Positions 56,281 to 64,000 of a stretch of DNA of 64,000 nucleotides are shown here, one piece after another. The notes beneath the pieces are model-generated. The model saw only the letters and a program-made list of their open reading frames with translations. It was not told where the DNA came from and searched no databases. Each line of letters opens with the position of its first letter. Position 1 is the stretch's first letter. The DNA is from Candidatus Dojkabacteria bacterium. Lineage in GTDB: Bacteria > Patescibacteriota > Dojkabacteria > JAFGLO01. The translations under genes and the position numbers were made by a program. The stretch lies in NCBI GenBank assembly GCA_016927995.1, contig JAFGLO010000007.1, positions 17,467 through 81,466 on the forward strand, written 5' to 3'.

Positions 56281-57071
56281 TGACCCATTCGCTTTCCTCA
56301 TTTGAACTTGTAAGTAATTCATCCCTTACTATTTTTGAGAAGAATCTACTTTCTGAGTACCTGACCCTAAACGTCCCTACCACCAAAAAGCTTAACGCCA
56401 TTAAAACAAAGTTATCCAAAGGTTATCCGGTTGAATATATAACCGGTTACACATATTTCTATGGAAAAAAGATAAATATTACACCAGATGTATTAATTCC
56501 AAGGGAAGAAACTGAAATCCTTGTGTCACTTGTTATTAACATAATCAAATCCATACCCCAATTTACACTGATAGATATTGGCACAGGCTCGGGGGCAATA
56601 ATGCATTCAATCGGCTCTGCTCTTGACGGCAAAAACTCCATAGTCGCGATAGGAGTTGACACAAGTAAACCGGCGATCAGAGTTGCAAAAGCAAACACTC
56701 CACCCTCCTCCACTGTTAAATATAAATATATTCACGGAGATTTATTCCCAAAGGCTCTTACAAACATTAAAGGAAATCTTATTATTACCGCCAATTTACC
56801 TTATTTAGATCCTTTAACCGCAAAAGTGTCACCCAAAACCTTAAAATTTGAACCCCATTTGGCACTTTTTAGCAAACACGGTTATTCACATATTGTTAAG
56901 CTATTAAAACTCCTGCACAAATACAACGTACACTTTAGACTCTTAGCTCTTGAAATTGAACCTGGAATTGCAAAAAACGTAATATGTGCTGCGCAAAAGT
57001 TTTTCCCCGACAAAATGATCGTAAAGGAAACTGATACTAACCGGTTAGACCGATTTATATTAATACAGTAG
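56280..57071 (+). CDS. prmC: Release factor glutamine methyltransferase
   Basis: PVEYITG, VLIPREETE, DIGTGSG, ANLPY, FEPHLALF. Confidence 0.92.
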   Translation: MTHSLSSFELVSNSSLTIFEKNLLSEYLTLNVPTTKKLNAIKTKLSKGYPVEYITGYTYFYGKKINITPDVLIPREETEILVSLVINIIKSIPQFTLIDIGTGSGAIMHSIGSALDGKNSIVAIGVDTSKPAIRVAKANTPPSSTVKYKYIHGDLFPKALTNIKGNLIITANLPYLDPLTAKVSPKTLKFEPHLALFSKHGYSHIVKLLKLLHKYNVHFRLLALEIEPGIAKNVICAAQKFFPDKMIVKETDTNRLDRFILIQ

Positions 57072-57096
57072 AAAAGTCTTTAAATCTAAGGCTTAC

Positions 57097-57567
57097 CTAG
57101 GACTGTACATCAAGTACAAATTCGCCAACAACCTCTTTGTCAAAATTAAAACCCTTTGTTGAAACCACAGCAAAGGTTATTACATGTTTACCAATTTCTT
57201 TAATGTGATATTTGGCCGAAAACTTTAAGGTTACACCCTCTCGTTTCCCGGTTTTTTTCTCGACCACATTAAGAATCTCGGTGTCCTTTATTGGGGATTT
57301 AAGCTTACTCCCTCTAGTGTTTGCAACCTTATGAACAATGCTCTGATTGTTTATAGATCTTAAAAGCTCCATTGCTTCTCTTTGATTTTTTGCACGATCC
57401 TCTGATATTTTTCTTTTTTGAGAACTTGCATGTGCAAGGTTCTCGGAAGACCCTAAGATAGCTATCTTATTCGGAATAAGGTAATTTGTTGCATATCCCT
57501 CTTTGACCTCACAAATATCTCCTGCCCTACCAAGTCCCTTAACGTCAACTAATAGAACAACTTTCAT
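57097..57567 (-). CDS. rplI: 50S ribosomal protein L9
   Basis: [32 protein letters not shown]. Confidence 0.96.
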   Translation of the reverse strand: MKVVLLVDVKGLGRAGDICEVKEGYATNYLIPNKIAILGSSENLAHASSQKRKISEDRAKNQREAMELLRSINNQSIVHKVANTRGSKLKSPIKDTEILNVVEKKTGKREGVTLKFSAKYHIKEIGKHVITFAVVSTKGFNFDKEVVGEFVLDVQS

Positions 57568-57591
57568 AAGAACATTAATCAACTTATTTAT

Positions 57592-58872
57592 TTATAAGTT
57601 TTTAAGGTATTCGTAAGCTCTATCAAGCTGAGGATCCTCCCCTGCATCATCTTGCTCCTTTGTAATTTCAATAATTTCATTGGGGTTTATGGGGTTATTT
57701 CTGTCAATTATCTGCCCATTCGGTAATACCCACTGTTCAATAGTAATGTGCATACTTGAACCGTCAACAAAATCGGTAATTGGCATCCACACACTACCTT
57801 TTCCATAGGTTGGCTGCCCAATAATATAAGCCCTGTTGTTTTGAAGCAATGCTCCTGCAAAAATCTCGGAGGCCGAAGCACTATATGAATCAACCAGGAC
57901 TACAATCGGAACATCAGTAAATTTCCCCGTGCGAGAAACCTTGTAATTTCTGTTTATTTGACCATTTCTACCTTGTACTTTCATTAAAAGTGCCCCATCG
58001 GGAATAAGATCCTGTAATGCAAACAAGACCGAATCAAGATAACCACCGCTGTTACTTCTTATGTCAAAAATTATTCCACTTGGATTGTCTTTTTCTACTT
58101 CAACAAGAATTTGAGACCATAATGCATTCCATGCAACGGAAGACTTGTCGGTAAATCGACTAATTCTTATATAGGCAATTCCATCGGTAACACCCTCATA
58201 GGTCATGGCAGGTTGTTTGATTTCATCCCTTACAATGGATACATCAAACTCGTCATCGATTGACGGCCTATATATACCAAGGACAACGGTAGTACCTTTA
58301 TCGCCTTTGATTTTCGAGATAACTTCCCAAATTGTTTGTCCATAAATGTCTTCACCATCCACGTATAAAATAATATCACCTGACTGCAACCCGGCTGCTT
58401 GTGCAGGTGATCCATCGAATGGACTTTCTATCGTAACGTAACCGTTTATCATATCAAGCGTAGCCCCGATACCTTCGTATTTTCCCTCGGTTAACGAGTT
58501 ATATAATTCGGTTTCCTCGGGTGTGAGAAATTCGGTGTAGGCGTCGGTACTGGCGGCCACCATACCCTTAATTGCACCATAAACCATTTCCTGACCGTCT
58601 AAATCTTCGGGGAAAATATAATAATCTTTAAGATTCTTCCAAGCATCCCAGAAAATACTGAAGTCAACCTCAATTATTTCCGGGGGTGGTTCTACTGAAC
58701 CTGTTAAAATATATTGCTTAGCACGTTGTAACGGCTCACAGATTTTTTTGTCTAAAGAAGACCTTCCCAAAATAAATCCACCTATACCTACCCCTGTTAT
58801 TAGCAGTATCCCCAAAACAGATGCTCCTAAAACTGTAAGTGCTTTGTTAGGTGGGTTCTTTTTAATCTCCAT
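57592..58872 (-). CDS. ctpA: S41 C-terminal processing protease with PDZ domain
   Basis: GIGA, SPAQAAGL, DIRSNSGG, SASASEI, TYGKG. Confidence 0.92.
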   Translation of the reverse strand: MEIKKNPPNKALTVLGASVLGILLITGVGIGGFILGRSSLDKKICEPLQRAKQYILTGSVEPPPEIIEVDFSIFWDAWKNLKDYYIFPEDLDGQEMVYGAIKGMVAASTDAYTEFLTPEETELYNSLTEGKYEGIGATLDMINGYVTIESPFDGSPAQAAGLQSGDIILYVDGEDIYGQTIWEVISKIKGDKGTTVVLGIYRPSIDDEFDVSIVRDEIKQPAMTYEGVTDGIAYIRISRFTDKSSVAWNALWSQILVEVEKDNPSGIIFDIRSNSGGYLDSVLFALQDLIPDGALLMKVQGRNGQINRNYKVSRTGKFTDVPIVVLVDSYSASASEIFAGALLQNNRAYIIGQPTYGKGSVWMPITDFVDGSSMHITIEQWVLPNGQIIDRNNPINPNEIIEITKEQDDAGEDPQLDRAYEYLKNL

Positions 58873-58876
58873 TTTT

Positions 58877-59881
58877 TTATCCTAATATAATATCGGTATA
58901 CGAAACATTCCTGTAGTCTAGCATAATTTCTTTTCCACTACCAAGTTCAACTAAAAGCTGCTCTTCGTTAATAATGTCTTTAATTATTCCGGTAGAACCG
59001 GTATATGGATAAATGTTTATGCAAACATTCATTCCTAACCTTGCCTCCACAATGGAATATGCACCACCGTCCGGATTGTGTAAAACCGAGTAATTTACAT
59101 GAATTCCGTTACTGTCAATGTGAATGTATTTTGATTTTTCTTGTGCTGATAGGACTAAATCATAGCTTTCGTTAAGCTGATGTAAGCCCCATGAATTGGT
59201 AACCACAATTGGTACGGGTATTGAACCATAAATTGATTTTATTTCCATGTAATCGGAAAACCTTATTCCCGGTGTGATAATAAGGCAAACTCCTGCCTCT
59301 ACCAACTTTTGGTATAAGGAAACAAAAATAGAGATTGCTGTGACAACAGCCTTGCCTTTAATCATATGATCCTCCATTTCCTTAGACAGACAGACAAATT
59401 CCATTGAGAATCCAGGCAATTTCCCAAGAAAAAAATTATATCCTAACTTTGTTGAATTCGCCAAAATTTCGTAATAAGTATTGTCTATTGTATAGAACTT
59501 ACCTTCTAAAGGAATTATCTCCCTGCGGAACTCTTTTCCTTTCGTAATTATTAATTCATCGTTTGGGAAATCGACTACACCATTTACAGGAGAAATTATT
59601 CTTACAATTTTGTGTCCTTTTGCACCCTCACAAATCAACTGACCCTCGTGCACCACTTCACCCTTTAACGTAAGAATAAATTTGCTATAATCTGTAGTTC
59701 CAAATTCATCTTTTAGGTTAATCCTGAATACAACCCTATCAACGTCGCCAGCTGCAAGCAAACTTCCCGATCTTACAAAAGCACCCTCTTCTAATGAAAG
59801 TTTTGTTGCAGGAAACAATCGTAAAACAGGAAACCTATGGTTTACTGATGTGCTTATATAGTTTGTATTCCAAAGTTTCAT
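58877..59881 (-). CDS. Hypothetical protein with barrel-sandwich-hybrid-like segments and C-terminal KOW-like motif
   Basis: KGEVVHEGQLI...ISPVNGVV; LGMNVCI..YPYTGSTGII. Confidence 0.65.
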   Translation of the reverse strand: MKLWNTNYISTSVNHRFPVLRLFPATKLSLEEGAFVRSGSLLAAGDVDRVVFRINLKDEFGTTDYSKFILTLKGEVVHEGQLICEGAKGHKIVRIISPVNGVVDFPNDELIITKGKEFRREIIPLEGKFYTIDNTYYEILANSTKLGYNFFLGKLPGFSMEFVCLSKEMEDHMIKGKAVVTAISIFVSLYQKLVEAGVCLIITPGIRFSDYMEIKSIYGSIPVPIVVTNSWGLHQLNESYDLVLSAQEKSKYIHIDSNGIHVNYSVLHNPDGGAYSIVEARLGMNVCINIYPYTGSTGIIKDIINEEQLLVELGSGKEIMLDYRNVSYTDIILG

Positions 59882-61041
59882 ATAAGTTGATTAACCCAGT
59901 TTATGACCTTTTCCTGATTTTTTGAGTAATCCGGGCCGTAAACAACCGGCTGCTTCCTAGTGTCAAGAATCAAATTCCCATCACACTCGAGCTCAACCTT
60001 TCTCTTGGTTAGACCCGTCAAAGATACACCCTCGGATATTTCAAGTGTTATCACACTTCCCAGAACTCCGGTTACTTTTGCGATTTCGTTAACCATAACA
60101 AAAAACTGTTCTGTCCCGCCGGAAGGTAATAATTTTCTGCCCAGTACTGCCGGACCACTCTTCTTAAGAGGATCAATAGTAAAGTTTAGATACCTTGACC
60201 TTTCGAAAGCCAGACCTTCGTGCTTGGACAACCAATCAAGGGAAAGCGTAATTCCCGAAGCAATTACATACTTGGTATCAAACCAAACCTCGGTTTCGTC
60301 TGAAAGTTGCAATCCATCAATAATTGCCAAATTTCTGTGTCCCGAGTCGATATAAGAAAACAGATCACCTGTAAAAATTATTAAGAGTTTACTTCCACTA
60401 ATCCCAATGTTCGATAATTTTATAAGTTTACTTGTGACATAAGCACGCAAAAGATCCTGATTTAAAGACACGTCTCGTACAACAGGCGGGTTAACATAAA
60501 GTTGTGCAAAGAAATCCGGAAAATCATAAATATCTATGGGTTCTGCCATAAATGGCTTTACACCTTCAACTGCAACATCCGTAACAAAGTCATAGACACT
60601 TTCAAATTTCCGGTTATATATTTCAAGTTCCTTTTCTTTAAATTTTCCCCAGATCCTAATACCTTTCAAGGAAAAATCTATACATAGAATCTCCGATCGA
60701 TGGGTTTGTTGTCCTATTTCAGATAATCGATCCCAGATCCAGCTTCCAATTTGTGAATCAGAGATACTTTCCACTCCAATTTCCTTTAGGTCGGCAAGCT
60801 CATCTGGAGTCGCTGAATATCCACTCAGTTGTATGCTAGATTTTAATGTATTAAGTGTAGGAGGAAGATCATATTTCGAAGAAAAATCGCTCCATATTGG
60901 GCCTAAAAAAAGTGAAGTCAAAGATCCTTTAAGAGGATATGTATCCTCTTCCAACGAAACAGGATCTTTATACAGTACACGCACACTAGTAGGAGTAACC
61001 AAGAAAACAACCTCGTTTTTAGAAGCTCTATTGTTATTCAC
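59878..61041 (-). CDS. Divergent glutamate mutase L (GlmL)-like protein
   Basis: LIIFTGDLFS, AIIDGLQL, EVWFD, LILDTRKQP, EKVINW match the recalled GlmL C-terminal pattern. Confidence 0.55.
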   Translation of the reverse strand: MNNNRASKNEVVFLVTPTSVRVLYKDPVSLEEDTYPLKGSLTSLFLGPIWSDFSSKYDLPPTLNTLKSSIQLSGYSATPDELADLKEIGVESISDSQIGSWIWDRLSEIGQQTHRSEILCIDFSLKGIRIWGKFKEKELEIYNRKFESVYDFVTDVAVEGVKPFMAEPIDIYDFPDFFAQLYVNPPVVRDVSLNQDLLRAYVTSKLIKLSNIGISGSKLLIIFTGDLFSYIDSGHRNLAIIDGLQLSDETEVWFDTKYVIASGITLSLDWLSKHEGLAFERSRYLNFTIDPLKKSGPAVLGRKLLPSGGTEQFFVMVNEIAKVTGVLGSVITLEISEGVSLTGLTKRKVELECDGNLILDTRKQPVVYGPDYSKNQEKVINWVNQLI

Positions 61042-61045
61042 AGGT

Positions 61046-61348
61046 TTATTCTATATTGGAGTAAGGCAGTAATGCAGCCTGACGTGCACGTTTGACCGCT
61101 TTTGCCAATTGGCGTTGATGTTTCGCACAAACACCCGACTTTGCTCTACCAATAATTTTACCCCTTACTGATATAAAACGCTTAAGCTGATAAACATCTT
61201 TATAACTTAAGGTTTTTATTTTTCCTTCACACAAGGGACATACTGTATTTGCCGGAAGTTTTTTATTGGGTCGCTTTCCCCTTTTAGGTGTTGTTGCAAC
61301 CGCATCTTTTGTCCACTCAAGGTTTCGTTCTCTTGCAAGATCTACCAT
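61046..61348 (-). CDS. rpsR: 30S ribosomal protein S18
   Basis: CPLC, YKDV..LKRFIS.RGKI, CAKHQRQL..AVKRAR..ALLPY. Confidence 0.97.
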   Translation of the reverse strand: MVDLARERNLEWTKDAVATTPKRGKRPNKKLPANTVCPLCEGKIKTLSYKDVYQLKRFISVRGKIIGRAKSGVCAKHQRQLAKAVKRARQAALLPYSNIE

Positions 61349-61364
61349 AGTTCTCTATTTAAAC

Positions 61365-61910
61365 TTAAAAAACCAATGCATCATCGAGAGGATCATCCAT
61401 TTCTTCTTCCTTTTCTTTGGGAGATTCCTTCTTTACTTTATTATCAGGTTTTGCACTTTTCTCAGACTTACTATTGTCTTCAGGTGATTCGAAACTGTCA
61501 TTATCCTTTTCCTTCTTTTCATCGGCTGAAGTATCATTTGTTGCCGACGCCCCACCCTTACCCCGTTTACCTTTGTCATTTAATAATTGCATGTCATTAA
61601 CGTGAATTTCGGTTCTATATACCGTTTGTCCATCACTATTTTCATAAGACCTTGTTCTCATTTCTCCTTCTACAAAAACAAGCATCCCCTTGGCCAAAAG
61701 ATTGTACGAAATTTCAGCAAGTTTATTCCACGCAACGAGATTAATAAATTCGGTATCCTCTTTAACATCACCCGTTGTTGAATCTTTCCATGACCTGTTG
61801 GTTGCAATACCAAACACGCATACGGGTGTTCCGTTTGCAGTATATCGAAGCTCCGGATCCCTTGTTAGGTTTCCAATAAGCATGACCTTGTTTAACGACC
61901 TACTAGCCAT
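61365..61910 (-). CDS. ssb: Single-stranded DNA-binding protein
   Basis: LNKVMLIGNLTRDPELRYT, acidic C-terminal tail. Confidence 0.97.
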   Translation of the reverse strand: MASRSLNKVMLIGNLTRDPELRYTANGTPVCVFGIATNRSWKDSTTGDVKEDTEFINLVAWNKLAEISYNLLAKGMLVFVEGEMRTRSYENSDGQTVYRTEIHVNDMQLLNDKGKRGKGGASATNDTSADEKKEKDNDSFESPEDNSKSEKSAKPDNKVKKESPKEKEEEMDDPLDDALVF

Positions 61911-61935
61911 TTCTTAACACAAATAAATTTAAATA

Positions 61936-62301
61936 CTACTTTTTATTCTTGGGTTTTGCTGTATCTATCTCTTCTATGGATTTTTTGCCATATGCAACTC
62001 CCAACTCCGAATCCTCTTTTACTAAGGAAACGATATATCTGATTATTTCCGACCTACTACCAAGCTCTTTTTTAAGTTTTGTCATTCCTGAGGGCTTCAT
62101 TTTAAGCTGATAAACCACATAATAGCCTTCCTTCTGGCCATTTATTTTGTAAGCCATGTACCGCTTGCCCCAAACATCTTTAAGGATAATTTCACCTTTT
62201 GCTTCGGCAATTTTCCCGTTAATAAAGTCATAAACTTCATTTCTAACATTGTCGGGCAGATAAGCTCTAATCACAAACATGAGTTCATAAACACGATCCA
62301 T
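61936..62301 (-). CDS. rpsF: 30S ribosomal protein S6
   Basis: YELMFVI, WGKRYMAYKI, GYY, IIRY. Confidence 0.96.
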   Translation of the reverse strand: MDRVYELMFVIRAYLPDNVRNEVYDFINGKIAEAKGEIILKDVWGKRYMAYKINGQKEGYYVVYQLKMKPSGMTKLKKELGSRSEIIRYIVSLVKEDSELGVAYGKKSIEEIDTAKPKNKK

Positions 62302-62431
62302 TATACGTTTAACCTGTCAAATAATAAGCTTAAGGATACTAACACAAGTAATATCAAAAAACAAGATTTATTGACTTAAGTACAAACCCTATGTAAACTT
62401 AGATGGTACTTAACTTAAATAAACAAAAAAA

Positions 62432-63274
62432 ATGAAAAATCCCACAAAAATATTCGGGATTGCCATCGCAATTATGCTTGCACTTTTTGTCCTTGTAGTT
62501 GCAGTTGAGTCAGTTTTTACAGTTAAAGGCGGAACCGTTGGTGTAGTAAGAAGATTTGGGAAAGTAGAGTCAATTATGGAACCCGGGCTTAATTTTAAAA
62601 TTCCTTTCGTAGATGATGTTATTATTTATAATACCCAAATGGTAATTTATGAAACAAGCGATTATCCTTCCGATTCTCTGGCCGACTACACTGACTATTC
62701 AGTTGATACTACAACCGAGGACGGTCAATCTATCAGTATAAAATACTCAATCAGGTTTAGCGTAAATCCCGAAAAGGTTATGTGGATTGCCAATAACCTG
62801 GGAAGGGAACAAGATATTGTAGAAAAGATTGTAAAGACTGATTCAAGAATTCACGTAAGAGGATATGCCCGAAATTATGCTGCTGCAGACCTTTACACAG
62901 GCAATATTCGACAACTGGAAGAAGAAATTACAAACGTACTGCTACCTGCTTTCGAACAAAATGGACTTATTCTGGACGAATTTGGAATTCGAAATATTGT
63001 TTTTGGTGCCGAATATATTGAGGCTATCGAGCAAAAACAAATAGAAAAAGAAAAGGTTACAACCGAAAAATACATTGCAGAACAAGAGCAATATAAAAAA
63101 GAGGCCGCGATCACAAGAGCAGAAGCCGAGGCTGAAACTCAAAGACTTGTTCAACAAACAATTACATCGACCCTACTACAAAAAATGTGGATTGAAAAGT
63201 GGAACGGACAGTTACCAGGCGTTATGACCGGAGACAGTCAAGGAATTATTATTGACTTAGGAAATTTACAATAG
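62432..63274 (+). CDS. SPFH/prohibitin family protein
   Basis: GVVRRFGKV, PGLNFKIPFVD, AIEQKQ, WIEKWNGQLP. Confidence 0.92.
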   Translation: MKNPTKIFGIAIAIMLALFVLVVAVESVFTVKGGTVGVVRRFGKVESIMEPGLNFKIPFVDDVIIYNTQMVIYETSDYPSDSLADYTDYSVDTTTEDGQSISIKYSIRFSVNPEKVMWIANNLGREQDIVEKIVKTDSRIHVRGYARNYAAADLYTGNIRQLEEEITNVLLPAFEQNGLILDEFGIRNIVFGAEYIEAIEQKQIEKEKVTTEKYIAEQEQYKKEAAITRAEAEAETQRLVQQTITSTLLQKMWIEKWNGQLPGVMTGDSQGIIIDLGNLQ

Positions 63275-63293
63275 TTGATACTGTTTCACCACC

Positions 63294-63318
63294 TGACAAG
63301 TCCGAGACATGTCACTAC
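63294..63318 (-). repeat. REP family GTAG-nGACATGTC (copy)
   Basis: tgacaagtc-cga-gacatgtca-ctac. Confidence 0.78.
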
Positions 63319-63321
63319 TAC

Positions 63322-64000
63322 TTACTGGTGAAACACGTACATGAGGTCACCGTCTTCCATAACGTATTCCTTGCCAACGCTTTTGACGACGCCCTTTTCT
63401 TTCGATTCTTTCCAGCCACCAGCCTTAACAAAATCGTCAAAATGAATTATGTCGGCGCGAATGAACCCTTCGGAAAGGTCGGAATGGATTGCACCGGCGG
63501 CTTCCCTTGATTTAGAACCCGCTTTTATTTGCCATGCATTTAGAATCTGCTCATTACCGGTGTAAAATGTAATAAACCCTAAAAGACTATAACATTTACG
63601 AATTATCTGAGGTAATCCAATATAACTAAGTCCAAGCTCTTTTATATATTCAGTGCGCTCGGTATCAGAAAGCCGGGATAGCTCATATTCTAGCTTAGCA
63701 TTAACGGTTAAAATTTCTGATGTGTCCAAAGTAATTCCCTGGCCGGTTCGAAAATCAATAAGTTGTTTTCGGTATTCGGCTATTTTAGCTTCAGAAGTTT
63801 TGTCGGACACATTTAGAGTAATTAAATACTTTTTATTTGTAAGTAGGAAAAGATTATCTATAAAGCCAATCACATCTTCATCCGTTAGCCCTTTGATAAA
63901 GGCAATCGCAGGAAGCCCCTTATCAAGAAAAGCTTTAAGCTCTTGTACAGCTGAGCTTACCTTGTGAATAGGATCGTTAGGCGGCTTCCCTTTCGAATCT
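63322..64000 (-). CDS. ychF: Ribosome-binding ATPase YchF (5' part outside window)
   Basis: LLTNK, GFITFYTG, AWQI, AAGAIHSD...GFIRA, GKEYVMEDGD. Confidence 0.95.
   Translation of the reverse strand, partial: DSKGKPPNDPIHKVSSAVQELKAFLDKGLPAIAFIKGLTDEDVIGFIDNLFLLTNKKYLITLNVSDKTSEAKIAEYRKQLIDFRTGQGITLDTSEILTVNAKLEYELSRLSDTERTEYIKELGLSYIGLPQIIRKCYSLLGFITFYTGNEQILNAWQIKAGSKSREAAGAIHSDLSEGFIRADIIHFDDFVKAGGWKESKEKGVVKSVGKEYVMEDGDLMYVFHQ

Noticed and set aside
55993-57071. prfA missing between rpmE and prmC
   Set aside because: A simple rearrangement is enough to explain it; the gene is probably elsewhere in the genome
184-63967. Numerous short ORFs overlapping called genes
   Set aside because: They are shadow or alternate-frame ORFs of well-supported genes and have no motifs
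1-64000. Alternative genetic code (TGA recoded)
   Set aside because: Long genes translate fully under the standard code and several end in TGA, for example at 14019

Overview
AT-rich bacterial chromosome segment. Standard genetic code (TGA is a stop), few Shine-Dalgarno motifs, and a gene set typical of Patescibacteria/CPR; this assignment is an inference. The left two-thirds is largely accessory. It holds pilM, a Xer recombinase, a membrane-anchored serpin, a PIF1 helicase, a cruF-crtI carotenoid pair converging on a heliorhodopsin, tRNA-Pro with a GIY-YIG cassette, a pyrimidine-dimer glycosylase, a GGDEF protein, ADP-forming acetyl-CoA synthetase, SipW plus a TasA-like protein, lysS, korAB, an ABC-F ATPase and an ABC-2 exporter. 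The right third is core: ruvABC-yebC, tRNA-Leu, dnaB, rpmE-prmC, rplI, ctpA, rpsF-ssb-rpsR, ychF. The most unusual signal is a set of tiny palindromic and mobile elements with no transposase in the window. (1) A 184-bp element sits at the apex of GTAG-type REP palindromes. (2) A GIY-YIG gene lies between a 5' tRNA-Pro duplicate and the intact tRNA. (3) Both tRNAs have their 3' end duplicated downstream behind an 8-bp hairpin. (4) 15-20 nt palindromes occupy hairpin loops. (5) REP and 8-mer repeat sequence is translated inside proteins. All calls come from reading motifs by eye; no searches were run.
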